Origin: Novakomyces olei | Taxonomy: Eukaryota | Reading direction: 5' to 3' | DNA: 64,000 nucleotides | NCBI GenBank assembly: GCA_016906335.1 | Contig: JADEYG010000001.1 | Span: 992,001-1,056,000 of the forward strand | Part shown: piece after piece, positions 1 to 12,158 of the stretch | How the letters are laid out: every line of letters begins with the position of its first letter | How positions within the stretch are numbered: position 1 is the first letter of the stretch | The notes under the pieces: generated by a model | Databases searched by the model: none | What the model was told of the DNA's origin: nothing | Seen by the model: only the letters and a program-made list of their open reading frames with translations | Translations under genes and position numbers: made by a program

Positions 1-287
1 TGATCGGGTGACGGTGACGGTGACGGTGCTTGTCCGGTCTATATAGCAAACGCATATTAGTAGCGTTGCGTATGTAATGCAATAAATATTACGTATATTA
101 GTATTGTATAGTGTCGTATATTAGTGGAATTTAAACATACATACATTAATTAACTAATTAATTAATAAATATATTTATAAATATATTTATAATTATATTA
201 TAGAGCTTCGTTCAAACGGCATTCTAGTACTACTGCTGCAATTTCGACAGGATTTGATACACAAATTTATTAATCATGCCCCAACAA

Positions 288-2002
288 CTAGTCCTTGTCT
301 ACCCATTGCAGGTACTCAACATCGTCGTCCGCGCTATTAGCACGACGGCATTTACGCGATAGTACTTCGTGGACCTTTGCAGCCACACCCGGTTTGTTTT
401 CCCATTTGTCCACAAAATGGTCCACAATCTCTTGCCGAGTCATGGCCAGTGAACCGCTTTCCGCGTCGTAGCCCTGAACGTACCTCCGAATCTGAGATTC
501 ACGGGGCAAGGCATGATGCCGCCAAGGGTACTCTGTGTAATTTGCTTTGGCGGACGGAGGCCTCTCAAAGGTAAGCCTCGGAGCAAAGGCGCCCTCTGCC
601 GGCTGGAAATAGTCACCGAAATTAACCTCTGCAATGTCCTTTACATGCCAAGATGGATCGGAGCGTCGCACTAACTTTGCCTCCACTCCTTCCACAAAAT
701 CAGGGGTCTGCATGAAATGACAGGCTACGTCATAGTCTGTGGAAAGCGCCTGGCTGATATCGTAATCACGGCCACGTTTGAGCAGTTCCAGGGCAACAGC
801 ACAGCTAATTACAGACCGTTGCCGGATAGTAGCCGCTGTCTCCTTGGCCCAGTCAGAGCCTTCAGCGTCCAATGCCCGGAGAATAGAGGGTAAATCGTTT
901 CCTGAGAAACAATGATCAATTTCTTTGCGCATGGATCCAGAGATTCTTGCAGGCTGCTGGCCCTCAATGGGCTGTTGTACAAACTCATTCAGGGCACGAT
1001 TTATTTTGCGAGTATCAGTCGTATCGAGCTCCGCCAGGCGAGTACGTACTTTATCCACATCATTGGAAGAAATATAGTGGGTAGCAACGCCGGCGAAAAA
1101 GGCTTCGTACCCGTTCAGTCTCTCACTAGTGAGAGCAAGGTACTTGCCCAAACTACCATCAAGACGAGACAGGAAAAAGCTGGTTCCAACATCGGGAAAG
1201 AAGCCAATCGTCGTCTCCGGCATGGAGAAAACAGTTTTCTCCGTGGCCAACCTGAATGGGGCGTGTACGGACAAGCCAACACCGCCGCCCACTGAAAATA
1301 ATTAGTTATGAATGAAAATAAAATAAATAGACAAACAAATAAATTGGTTGATTAATTAAATTTATGTATTTGACCATACTTGTTATTCCATCCATGATTG
1401 ATACGATTGGTTTCCCATACGAAGCAATTAGCTGGTCTAGAGTATACTCCTTGCGAAAGTATTCACTGGCCTGCTTCTGACCTTCTTCTCCTGTCTTTGC
1501 CAGCTCAGCGGCCGCCGCTACGTCTCCACCGGCACAGAGTGCACGGCCACCGTTACCGCTAAGCACGATAACCTTGGCCAAATCCGAGGTTTCGTATTTC
1601 TGGATAGTGTAAGATATTTGCCAAATAATCGTCGATCAAAACTATTTATTCTGGAAAGAACGAGAGGCTGCCCAGCGCTGTTGTGACGAGATGGGACAAG
1701 AGACCGAGTTGTAAGCGTACCTTGAGCTCAGGCAGTATGAGATCACACATATCGCCATTGAGAGCGTTCAATTTTCGTGGGCGGTTAAGTGCTACACCAC
1801 GTAATCCCAGTTCGCTGCTGAAAAGCACGGATGCCTTTTAATACCGTTAGTAACTTGCAATGGTGGCCTTTGGGCTTACTTCAGCAGACTCTGTACTCTG
1901 GAAACGCGCATCCATAATTCGTGAGCGGAGCGGCATAGCGCGCTGCCACGGAGCACAGAACAGTATATTCTTTGAGCGAGAACACGCCTGCGCTCTTAAC
2001 AT
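288..2002 (-). CDS. EHD3: 3-hydroxyisobutyryl-CoA hydrolase, mitochondrial (crotonase family), 4 exons
   Basis: Exons give LNRPRKLNALN, GRALCAGGDV, KPIVSIMDGIT|GGGVGLSVHAPFRLATEKTVFSMPETTIGFFPDVG and DFVEGV. Introns have GT..CTAAC/CTAAT..AG signals. ATG at 2002 starts a mitochondrial-like leader. Confidence 0.9.
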
Positions 2003-2222
2003 CCTATGCAGCAGCCGATCTGGAGTTGCAAGGTAATATCTTTTCCAAGCCGGTGCTATTTGCTTGATGTTATTTTACAATAAATATATTTTTATATCTT
2101 TTATATAAATTATAATATATAAATTATATTAATTGAATATATTCCAATATATAATAATTTTATATTTTTGTATTTTTTACAGAGTTCGCTGTCGTAAATA
2201 ATTTGTCGAATTGCAAATCTTC

Positions 2223-3263
2223 ATGTTGAGGCAGAGCATAGCCTGCGCGCTGCTGCGCGCCGGCACTCGCACTTCGCAAGTGATCGCACAGGTACCGGGT
2301 GTACGTATGGCAGCCTCTGGAGCGGAGATGGAATATTTCTCGAGCAAGTTTGGGTCTATTGTAGACATTGCTCGATCTGATGCTAAACGTAAGGAAAGAG
2401 GAGTAAGCGCCAAAGAGAATCAAATAATCAAAAGCGAACTTGGGATGGCATATTCGCTTGAAAGAGAGTGCGAGCTCTGTGGTTCTGGACCAGTTTGATC
2501 TGAGAAGGCATATCAAAAAATAAATGTACAGCGAGGAAAAAAGATGATAAATTTATACAAAATCATACATAGCAGCATGATTGTCTAATATGCAGCGCTC
2601 CCGGTATCGTCTTCAACAGCGGCAGTAACCCTATCCGTGTTTCCTAGCATGGAACCCGTATCGGCAGCGTCTTTTCCGGCCAAATTTCTTACGACAAAAG
2701 TACGTACGGATATACTGCACAGGGCAGTTCGGTACGAACTGGATTACAACCGGTTTTCGCATGCGAGCACGTTAAATCGGTCTGAAGTCCGTGGAAGTGG
2801 TCGCAAACTCTTCAAACAAAAGGGTACGGGCCGGGCTCGGGTAGGTGATAATAGAGCGCCCAATCGTCGTGGTGGAGGTATTGTCTTTGGACCCACGCCT
2901 CGGAGCTTTCGACATCAATTGCCTCGACAGATCTACCATCAAGCAATAGCAATGGCTTTTGCTCTGCGCTGGCAAAAAGGCCAACTATATGTGGTCAACA
3001 ATACATTTTCGCTGCCTTCAAAAGATGCTGAGCAGTTGGATCAGCTACTGGATAGTCAACGCTGGTCTCGCGAGTACGGGATGACGACTTTTGTGGGCTT
3101 AGAAGCCGAACCAAATTTTGAAGCTGCTTGTGCTGCTAACGATAAGCAAGTGGCTTTCAGAACAGTACGCGATACGCGTGTGTTCGAGTTATTGAAAGGC
3201 GCTCGAGTCGTTATAGAGCAGGCAGCTTTTGAGCATATGATTGCAAAGCATGGAGAAAAGTAG
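2223..3263 (+). CDS. YML6: Mitochondrial ribosomal protein uL4m; first exon and intron boundaries approximate
   Basis: L4 motif [35 protein letters not shown]. Upstream exon [14 protein letters not shown] resembles a presequence. Acceptor near 2595. Confidence 0.85.
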
Positions 3264-3600
3264 GCTGGGTCAAAGGTGTTTATTAGCGTAGAATAAAAAT
3301 TCATAATGTTGAATAAGCATTCAATTGTGAGTATGCCGATTAGTTCATGCATTAACTCGATAGCTGAAGCTAATTTGTTGTGATATCTACTTTAATATGA
3401 AGTTGTATCGGAAACAGATTCTGCATTAGAGTACTATGCTTTGATCGCTGTACAGTCCTCTCATAACTTATTTGTTTATTTATCTATGTATGTGTGCTGT
3501 TTGTCAAATGTCAAACAATATAATTTCATCAAAATGTGCTTTTATTGAATTTTAAAAAGTGACTTTTAGCAGCCATATTTTCGCATACAAAGATCCAAAA

Positions 3601-4911
3601 TTACACAGCATTCGCAGCGGCTGCCTTTACTTCTTGCCAAGTGGCCGGAGCCAGAGCCCAGTCAGGTACTGGCAATCCTTTGGCCGCTAGTTTCTGCTCA
3701 GCGTCTGGCTGCCACTGTACCCGGTATATGTGACCCCCCACAGCCTGCAATTTGCCCCGGGCCAACAGCGCACGTAAGCTAAAACCGTTGCGATCAAAGC
3801 TGTCAGCGCTAGGAACTGTCCAGTCATCGTTTTGCTCAAAAACGAAAAGAGATAGTCGCCGAGCTGGTCCGCCTTCCATCAAAGTCGGTGCTGTAAAAGG
3901 TGCCCATTCGTCACCAGTTGTGTAATCCACCATTGTGTTCTCCACACTCAAAGAGATATTGGACACGGCCCAAAGCAATCGAGTACTATAGCCCTGCGTG
4001 TCCAAGTCCGGAACGTCCGGATCGACAAGGCAGATAGTATACTTGTGTTGCTTGGCATCAAAGGGGACAATCTCTAATCGCGGCCGTACTAAGCTGTCCG
4101 CCACGTCAACAAAGTCTCCTACATAAATTTGCTTCCGAGCCCGTAACCACAGCTTGACATTTACACTAGGGCTCAAATGCGCCAATGTATCGGGGAGAAC
4201 GCGCATTTGCTCCATGCGCTGTAATAATCGCAGTTTTCCCCGATTTTCCCATCTTTTGCGTGCAAGGTAACGGTACACGGGCTGTCGTAAATCATAGTCG
4301 CCATGATCCCAGCGCCAACGGACTTCTGGGTCATGTATCTCTGACCATACTCGCAGTTTCGTTACATTTGATTCTCGATCGCGCAGCTGCATTGCTCTAC
4401 TCGGCGAGGGCGGCATTTGACGTAAATGTTGCAATTGCTCTTCTGCTTCCTTCAAAGCCTGTAATTTTTGCTCTCTGTCTTCCGCAATAATGCCTAGTGC
4501 TAATTCATATGCCCGGGTCGGCCGTACCTTGGGCAGTTGTAAGCGAGGATAAAACATAAAAGTAGGCACGGGTGGTAAAATTGCTTTTTTGGCTCGGTAT
4601 TCTGGGCTCAAATCTGGCCGAGGACGTGATGGGTTTAAACCGGGTCGATCTGCTCTTGGTTTTGTCTTGCGGCCGCCTCTAGAAGCGGAATTCCGTTGCT
4701 CAAGTCCTCTGGCTAGTTCGGGATCTGCAGCGGCTGCTTTCACTGGATCGCTTGAGAGAGGAGGCACTTGATCTGAAGGCGTTTGAGTGCCAATCGTGTC
4801 GGGGTCATCAGGCACACGCCCGGATGTTGACATAAGCCGTACATTATGTGGTCCCCGATTGCTGGCGGAAAAGAGACCGCGGCAAAGCCCGGCCATTGGC
4901 GATTTCGCCAT
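3601..4911 (-). CDS. MRPL35: Mitochondrial ribosomal protein mL38 (PEBP-domain)
   Basis: 436-aa ORF with AYELALGII, EIHDPEVRW, QPVYRYLARKRW, LLQRMEQMRVLPDTL and the PEBP motif YTICLVDPDVP. Confidence 0.85.
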   Translation of the reverse strand: MAKSPMAGLCRGLFSASNRGPHNVRLMSTSGRVPDDPDTIGTQTPSDQVPPLSSDPVKAAAADPELARGLEQRNSASRGGRKTKPRADRPGLNPSRPRPDLSPEYRAKKAILPPVPTFMFYPRLQLPKVRPTRAYELALGIIAEDREQKLQALKEAEEQLQHLRQMPPSPSRAMQLRDRESNVTKLRVWSEIHDPEVRWRWDHGDYDLRQPVYRYLARKRWENRGKLRLLQRMEQMRVLPDTLAHLSPSVNVKLWLRARKQIYVGDFVDVADSLVRPRLEIVPFDAKQHKYTICLVDPDVPDLDTQGYSTRLLWAVSNISLSVENTMVDYTTGDEWAPFTAPTLMEGGPARRLSLFVFEQNDDWTVPSADSFDRNGFSLRALLARGKLQAVGGHIYRVQWQPDAEQKLAAKGLPVPDWALAPATWQEVKAAAANAV

Positions 4912-5593
4912 TTTTAATTTTTCTTTTTCGAATTTTCCGTTTATCTAGATATTTTTTATTTTGTAAAATAGCGTTAAAATTAGAATGATTTGGTAACTTG
5001 TTTGTATAATGGATATGATTATGAGAATATTACATGTTTTACTCTTTGCTATATGTATTGTACTATACACGCACTCTATACTGAATATCTATATTATCCC
5101 AATTCTAGCAATTATACGCATACGCAGTTTCATCACATGCTCGAATCAAACACATATTGCCAGGCCCAATGCCCCTTATTCAAGATATATTCAAGTGTTC
5201 GATTTTGTTATTCCTATCAGATTAGATGTGAAAGGGACCAAAGTTGTCTACGGCAATTTAGGCTTTATTTCTACTATCAATCAGGATTTTTCTAGTATAG
5301 GGTTTTCTATGTGGGACCCAGGTGCACAAGAGCCTTGTCAAAATTGAGACTGAATTATCTTCAGCACTGCATAATTAATTATACGATTGGCGGGGTTGTA
5401 TTAAATCTTTGAAATAATTAGGCACAAACACTAGTGCATGTGAATGCCAAATGATGGTATACTTTATACAGATCCCACATGTACTATTGATTACAAATTT
5501 ATAATTGTCCGATTGCGTATTTCGCAGCTTACAAATACCGTCTGTCGAAAAATACAAAACTTTTTAAACACTTGTAGTTTTCGAGTGAGGGAG

Positions 5594-6333
5594 ATGCTTG
5601 CGGCTCCGATCGATCTTCCGAAATGGTATGAATAAGAGTTGGCGCTTTATCGCAATTTCCTTAGGCTCACGTTCGGCTTAGGCTCGAGGAGAACGGCCAT
5701 CTATTACAGCCGCCGGTCAATAATTATTGCGCTCAACGGGGCGGATATACGATCATGATTGTCGGTGGTCCAAACAAGCGTAACGACTATCACATAAATG
5801 AGACTCCAGAATGGTTTTTTCAATACAAGGGGTTTGTGCCGGCAAACAACGATTTATCCCAATATTTACCATACAGGTCTATGCTTCTTAAAGTTGTTGA
5901 TGATGGGGAGTTTAAGGATATTGTTATTGGGGAGAAGTGCATGTTTTTACTCCCGCGTAAGGCGCCCGTTACCCTTTTATTTCCAAGTCTACTATTCTCC
6001 TGCTCAACACGATTACTCCGTTCGTATCTTTTTGTAATTTATTCATTTATCTGATTCTTTTCCTCTTGCACATAAGCTTACTTGTCAGCCCGTGTTCCCC
6101 ATAATCCGGTAAGATTTGCGGACACGGTGGGCATTGTTGTGGAACAAGATCGGCCGCAAGAATCTTTTGACCGTATGCGGTGGTACTGCCCGAACTGCCG
6201 AAGCGTCGCTTTTGAAGACGCTTTTCATTGCACTGATTTGGGCACCCAAATTAAGGCGGCAATACAACAATTCGAAGCCGACAGCGACCGTCACACTTGC
6301 AAACAATGTAGCACTATTGTTACCGCACGCTAA
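5594..6333 (+). CDS. BNA1: 3-hydroxyanthranilate 3,4-dioxygenase (kynurenine/NAD pathway), 4 exons
   Basis: Spliced product [49 protein letters not shown]|..[28 protein letters not shown]. Confidence 0.92.
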
Positions 6334-6819
6334 AAGGATAAGAGCTCTGGTAATGAGAGCTTCAAAAATAAAGCAAAAGAGAGCGGTGCTTGTCCTTGTA
6401 TTTGGTAGCTGCGTTTAGATATGTATCATCAATATATGAGAGCGTTTGTCGGGCGGTTTTTATTAATGTTTAGCAAGCGTTTACATGTTTTGCGTTTACA
6501 TTGAGCGAAAAACAATCCCATCTTTGCTTGCAAAACGTTGTCTTGAGGAGCAATGACGGATCGCGTTCTTTTTGTATTCTGTATTTTTATGATGTCTTCA
6601 ATTCTATACCGCATACAAATATAATCTTTATGGACTCTTGTTGATTTTACTGTCGCAAATCCATGTGTAAACTCCAATCCTTATTTTACCTTAAAAGTAA
6701 ATATGTATCCATCGCATAAACCCAAATATTCATCTCAACTCATCAGCGCGCACAGCTCGCTATGCATCTCACGAAAGACTTGAAGCCATTAATTTTAGTC
6801 AGAGGCCTTAAGCATTATT

Positions 6820-7914
6820 TTAAAGTATACCCATAGTGCCCGCAAGTAAAGCCAACATTGATACTGCTATTGCTAAATGCGCAGTAGGCGCTGACAACCG
6901 TGGTGCGGCACTGAAATAACTGGGAATTACTGGGTTTGTCACGTTACTAGTCTTACTGCCAATTCCACCAACGACAACCGGGCTTGTAGTACTGCTGCCT
7001 GATTTAATAGAGAGCATCGGAGGCTTCGTCGTGCCAGTCACGCTGCAGGCGAGTACAACTGTATTGTAAACCGTACTCGTAACGCGGACGGTGCTTGGCA
7101 AGGCCGGGGCAGAATGATAGGCAGAAGAAGTTGTTGCGACATACTTCAAAGGCGCAGCCACACGAGAAGACGAAGAAGGCAAAGACAGAGACTCTGCTAC
7201 AGGAGTGGCCGCACAAAGGTCACAGGTTACGGTGGCGTAGTGTGTTTCGGTGGTTGTATAATGGAGATATAGTCCTGGCGGCAGATTTCCATTTACCGAG
7301 CTTGCTGGTGTAGCAGCAGTCAGGGCTGTTTGATTTTTTGACTTTGCGCAGGCAGGGCAGTCAGTTTGGACGGCAGCCCGAACGAAACGGCCAGCAACAG
7401 TCTCGACTTCAATAGACTCATTAGGCTCTAGAGGTGCCGCAGTTGAAAGGACAGAATCAGGACTGTCATTACTATCATCTTCATCATCGTTGATAGAAGC
7501 AGAGTCCAAAGGCTGAGCAGAAGCAGCGTCAGACCTTTGAATGGAAGCGTCTGGCAATGGAAAAGAACTGGCAACTGGGGCAACTGCTTCAATCGTCGTA
7601 GTCGGACTGATAGTCAAAGACGAAGCTGTAAGCGAAGAAGTTGTTAAAGACAGACCATTGACGAGAATTCTATGGCGCGCACAAAGGTCGCGAACATAGT
7701 TGAATGTATTTTGCACATTATTACTGCAGGCACCGTCTAGGCAGGTTTGCAATAGTGCTTCGTTTGGGCAAAAACAAGGGCCATCAGAGGCAGAACAATT
7801 TGATCCGAGTCTTTGCAAACATGCCCTTAGACACGCAGGCGCTTTACTGGACGCGTCCTGTGCTGCAGTCACACTGACTAGCAACGCTGCTGCTGTGATA
7901 ATATGGCCAAACAT
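6820..7914 (-). CDS. Secreted CFEM-domain, Ser/Thr-rich, probably GPI-anchored cell-wall protein
   Basis: Signal peptide, 8-Cys CFEM pattern (PACLRAC..C..DGPCFC..CLDGAC..C), S/T-rich stalk and hydrophobic C-terminus. Confidence 0.8.
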   Translation of the reverse strand: MFGHIITAAALLVSVTAAQDASSKAPACLRACLQRLGSNCSASDGPCFCPNEALLQTCLDGACSNNVQNTFNYVRDLCARHRILVNGLSLTTSSLTASSLTISPTTTIEAVAPVASSFPLPDASIQRSDAASAQPLDSASINDDEDDSNDSPDSVLSTAAPLEPNESIEVETVAGRFVRAAVQTDCPACAKSKNQTALTAATPASSVNGNLPPGLYLHYTTTETHYATVTCDLCAATPVAESLSLPSSSSRVAAPLKYVATTSSAYHSAPALPSTVRVTSTVYNTVVLACSVTGTTKPPMLSIKSGSSTTSPVVVGGIGSKTSNVTNPVIPSYFSAAPRLSAPTAHLAIAVSMLALLAGTMGIL

Positions 7915-8691
7915 TGCAACAAGTTATCAATAATAAATCAAGATGGGTTCAAGAGAGAAGTAAAACGTGTTCCCAAAGATGTGGAGACCGATAGGAATTA
8001 AAAGAGCGGATAGAAAAGAGCGTCAAGAGGAGAAGAGAAAGTAGAGAAGCACAAGAGGCGCAAAGCGCCTCTATTATACCACTCGATATGGGCAGGGATA
8101 AAGTCATCGGGGCAGTTTGAATCTCCTTTTCCCTTCCTTTTTGATTTTCTGTCAGACTTGAACGTTATGTGGCCGACCGTCTGGATCTGGATTCGGGTAG
8201 AGCTAATCTGATTTTGCGTTTCAAAGACGCGTAAAAAATGCATTCGCGTGCGCATAGTAAAGTTCACTATTGCTATTGTCACGCGGTGATCATACAGTGG
8301 GGAACGCTTGTACCAAGTAACGTAATGTGCATTAGCGTGGGAGCGGTATGTTCAGTACGGGATCCCTGATTGAAAAGCATTATTACTTGAACGTTATGTT
8401 GTGTGATCATTCCCGGCTTTAATGCGGGGGTATACTTTGTATTGCAGATATGCCTACCTGCTTATTCTACAATGCTATATTAGTGATGCACCTGCCGTAC
8501 CACAGCAATCGCAATCACGATAGCATGACTGTACAAAGCGCTAACAGCAAAGCATCGCATTTATGATGGACGGCGCATAAACAAAACATATTACGACACG
8601 ACTCTGAATAAACCTGTATATTAAAATATCTACCGTACAACAATAAACTACGCCCCTAAACCGTAAAATATAAAAATTATGTATGTATCCT

Positions 8692-10788
8692 TCACTGTCT
8701 GACGCCAGCAAAGGGTTTCGTAGGCGTCTCTGGCGAAACAAGCCCTAAGACCATCCGTTCCTGAGAGGACATTTGATAATGACGACGATTGCTGTTGTTT
8801 GGTGAAGCAGGAGAAGAAAGCAAGACAGAATCACTGAGGAAACTGTTGCCTTCAACCTGGGGAAACGCCTTTGTCATACCGTCTGGTGACAAAGGCGCTA
8901 CTGCCGCCTGGAGACTATTGCATGATCGTCTCATTGGCTCATCGTCCGCCAGCATTGCTGCCCAGGCAGGATCTCGCATGGCCTCCTCGTCCGTGAAAAA
9001 ATCAGAAGAAAGAAAAGGCGTCTGTTTAACGGAACAAATACGCTCGTGGTCTTGTAAATTATGTTTTGACCGGAAAATCATTTTGCACGCATCACACTGC
9101 ATACGCTTAGTATGCAGCCTGTACCTTGAACCACGCGCCATGCCACGCGTCATTGTACCACCATTGTGGCACCCACCAGGCGATGAAAGAGGGCTATTAA
9201 TTTCTCCTAGTCGAGGAGTCATGGGGGCAGTTTCGTTAGCCAGTGGTGAGCTCATTAGTGCTGGATCGGGATCTACAGAAGTTGGGGCGCTTGCCACTGC
9301 TCCCGCTGGTTCCAAGCCATCAGCAGAAAAGGCAAAACAGGCACGACCTTCACGAAACCTTTGGTGCCTTTGATAAGCACGTTTAACGGCAGTTCTTGCG
9401 TCTAAATCTTCTCCAGTAATATTCATAAAGGAAGATTTGCCTCCATTATCTTCCGCATCAGCTCCTTGAGCACCAACTTCGTCTTCCTCCTCTTCACCGC
9501 CCTCATCATCTGTAGAGCTTTCGCTATCACTTGCTCCTTGTCTATCTCTCACAATTGAAAAGTTATTGTCTCCAACGGCTTCGTCTGGGCTTGTATAAGG
9601 GGAAGGTAAACTCGAGGGCTCTTTACCATTCTCACGTCCGATGAAAATAGATCCCAGTCTCATTGTATCATCAGCATCAGCATCAGGACTGTCATCCTCT
9701 ACGACTTCGGCCTCTGGTTCATCCGCCTCAACTTCTCTGGAACTATCTATTAATTCTTTACGTAAATCAATCGATAGTCGAGACGCTCGAATCATTGCTG
9801 CTCCTTTGCTTGTAGCTACAAGCGAAGCGGATGCAAGTCGGCTTTCCCTTCGGCTTCTTGCCGCAGCAGCTGCTGCTGCCTGAGCCCTACGATTCTCCAG
9901 GATTTTTGTCATTAAACCGCCTTTATCAGTTCGGCCTGCGGAAACGGCTTTTGGCGCTGCTGCTTCACTACTCTCTAGCATATCAGAACTGCTTCCAGTC
10001 TCTTCAACAGTAGCTGCCGGTTCACCTGCCCAACTAGCGGAACGTTGCATTTCCCTGAGTCCAGCTTCGTCGACCGGAATACTCTGCTTAACCAGCTCAG
10101 CGTTTCCGTTTCGTCTTACTACGAAATCCACACTGACCACAGTGGGCCGACGATGTTGAGGTCTGGAATCCGTCAAAACACTCGGATCGACTGAATCGTT
10201 GGGTGAAAGAAGCGAAGGCGGAGAGCTGAACAAGTGCCAATCGCAAAACACAGACCTCGAATCCCGGTGAGGGCTGACTTTGGCTTTGTACGTAACTGGC
10301 GATGAAACAGACCGTTCCATTAAAACCGCACTCGAGCCGAATTTTCGTTTCAGTTGCCTTGAAGGAACTGCAGCCGTCTGTGCACGTACCGCCCTTGGTC
10401 TCTCCAGTTGCGGTGGATCATGTTGGCCTCCTTTGTCATTGTTTCCGTGGCTTTTGGACAAAAGTGAATTTTCAGTCTTACTAAAAACATGCACTGCTGA
10501 ATCAACGATCCTTGTCTGACCTGCAGACTTGGTCGCGCTTGAATAATTGCTTTGCTCAGTAAATTGCTTGCTTTTCGAGCCACTAACAGGACTGGTCCGC
10601 TTACTCATCCCGTTTGCTTTATTCGGTTTTGCATGGGAATCAGCAGCAACGGCAGCTGCTCGAGCTGCAGCTGCTCGAGACGCTGGAGTCGAGTTAGGAG
10701 GGTATTTTCTCGGCCGACCTCTGGCACGGGGGACAGTAGATGCAATGCCAGAGTCGCTAAGCGACGACTTTGTCGGTATAGTTGACAT
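8692..10788 (-). CDS. Uncharacterised low-complexity nuclear protein with an AT-hook and a C2HC zinc finger
   Basis: 698-aa ORF with PRARGRPRK, an acidic tract and CDACKMIFRSKHNLQDHERIC. Confidence 0.65.
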   Translation of the reverse strand: MSTIPTKSSLSDSGIASTVPRARGRPRKYPPNSTPASRAAAARAAAVAADSHAKPNKANGMSKRTSPVSGSKSKQFTEQSNYSSATKSAGQTRIVDSAVHVFSKTENSLLSKSHGNNDKGGQHDPPQLERPRAVRAQTAAVPSRQLKRKFGSSAVLMERSVSSPVTYKAKVSPHRDSRSVFCDWHLFSSPPSLLSPNDSVDPSVLTDSRPQHRRPTVVSVDFVVRRNGNAELVKQSIPVDEAGLREMQRSASWAGEPAATVEETGSSSDMLESSEAAAPKAVSAGRTDKGGLMTKILENRRAQAAAAAAARSRRESRLASASLVATSKGAAMIRASRLSIDLRKELIDSSREVEADEPEAEVVEDDSPDADADDTMRLGSIFIGRENGKEPSSLPSPYTSPDEAVGDNNFSIVRDRQGASDSESSTDDEGGEEEEDEVGAQGADAEDNGGKSSFMNITGEDLDARTAVKRAYQRHQRFREGRACFAFSADGLEPAGAVASAPTSVDPDPALMSSPLANETAPMTPRLGEINSPLSSPGGCHNGGTMTRGMARGSRYRLHTKRMQCDACKMIFRSKHNLQDHERICSVKQTPFLSSDFFTDEEAMRDPAWAAMLADDEPMRRSCNSLQAAVAPLSPDGMTKAFPQVEGNSFLSDSVLLSSPASPNNSNRRHYQMSSQERMVLGLVSPETPTKPFAGVRQ

Positions 10789-12158
10789 TGTGCTGCTGGT
10801 CGCTGTGTGAGCGAATTCTTTGACGCTTTCACACTGATCAGAAACAGTAAAGGCAGGAAATCGTTTGTTCCACCAGACTCAAGAGATTATTTACCGCAAA
10901 CAAAGCAATGACTCGACAATTAAAAATTAATTGATTTGAAAAGAGAAAAAGGAAATAAAAAGGCAGAGGCACAGAGAAATAAAGGAAGAGGGTAAAGATC
11001 AAGCTGAAATATGTAGCAGTTCAGTAAATGGTCCGCAAGATAGAAAGGAGTAAATCTAAATCGAAAGAGGCCGATAACTAATTACACTGCGATATCACAG
11101 GTGACAACCCCAAAGTCCAAAATGATGGCCCAATGATCCACTAGGGCAAAGATAAACTTGATCCAACGTATTATTCAGATACAGCTTGACCTATAAGATC
11201 AGTCAAAAAACCGAGGAAGCAAATTAAGGAGATAATAATAGTGCTCAGGTGTACACCCCTTGACAGACGGTAACACTTTCAACACAAAAGTGAGGCCGTT
11301 TAGACCCAGTCCTTTCAAAGTAGTGCAATTCAAGCCTTTGACAAAACCTTTTTACATCAGTTTCTTCAAAATATTCAAGTATCTAGCCACAGCAATATGG
11401 TGAGTATGTACACTCGGCCCTTCTGGATACGATTACAGAGATACGGCAAAAGACAAAGGTAACAAGGCACAACGGCTCTTATTGATCGACTTGGCTATTG
11501 CATTGCTTGATAATTAAAAGTAACGGCACTAAATTAATATAGGCGTTATGGGTAAAGAACTGACTAGCGCGTATTTACTTACCCATTCACGAAATGAGGT
11601 ATAGCCAAGGTACGACTTAAAATCGAGCTACGTGTTCTGTCTATAATCCACAAACCGGGTTTAATGACTAATCAACTCTTGAGTCAGACAAATTGCATAT
11701 TTTAGAACGTTAGTGCTGAAGACCCTATTTATTTATTTATTTCAAATCTTTTCATATGTGTTGATTTGATCGTCACCTCCTTCAAATATCGACTCTTTCT
11801 ATTGAGTTGAAACAAACGTATACTTAAGTAGGTTTTTAAATGTCACTTATTGTTAGGAATATATATGCTACGCCTCTAGGTGTTGAAATATGAATCTATT
11901 ATCCCTTCATGTAATGTTCGGTTGTTAGGGAGTCGCTATTTATGCCGCTATGAACGGTTAATATAGCGACGAATGTTAGAGCCGTGAATGCTATAACTTT
12001 TGGATTAATGAAATCTACTCTTAAACTATGTAAAACTGTTAGACAGCGGAATTGGACTCACTGTTGCAACCGTTTCCCTTTCTTAACAGGTCATTGGAAA
12101 TGGCAACTTCCGGACAAACGGCTTACCGAGATACTTGGAAGCAGGAAAACAATCACCA

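Noticed and set aside
2305-2595. Intronic snoRNA in the relatively long uL4m intron
   Set aside because: Only partial C/D-like words are present; I cannot support it without a covariance search.
4990-5557. Short ORFs between MRPL35 and BNA1
   Set aside because: AT-rich divergent promoter region with no recognisable motifs.
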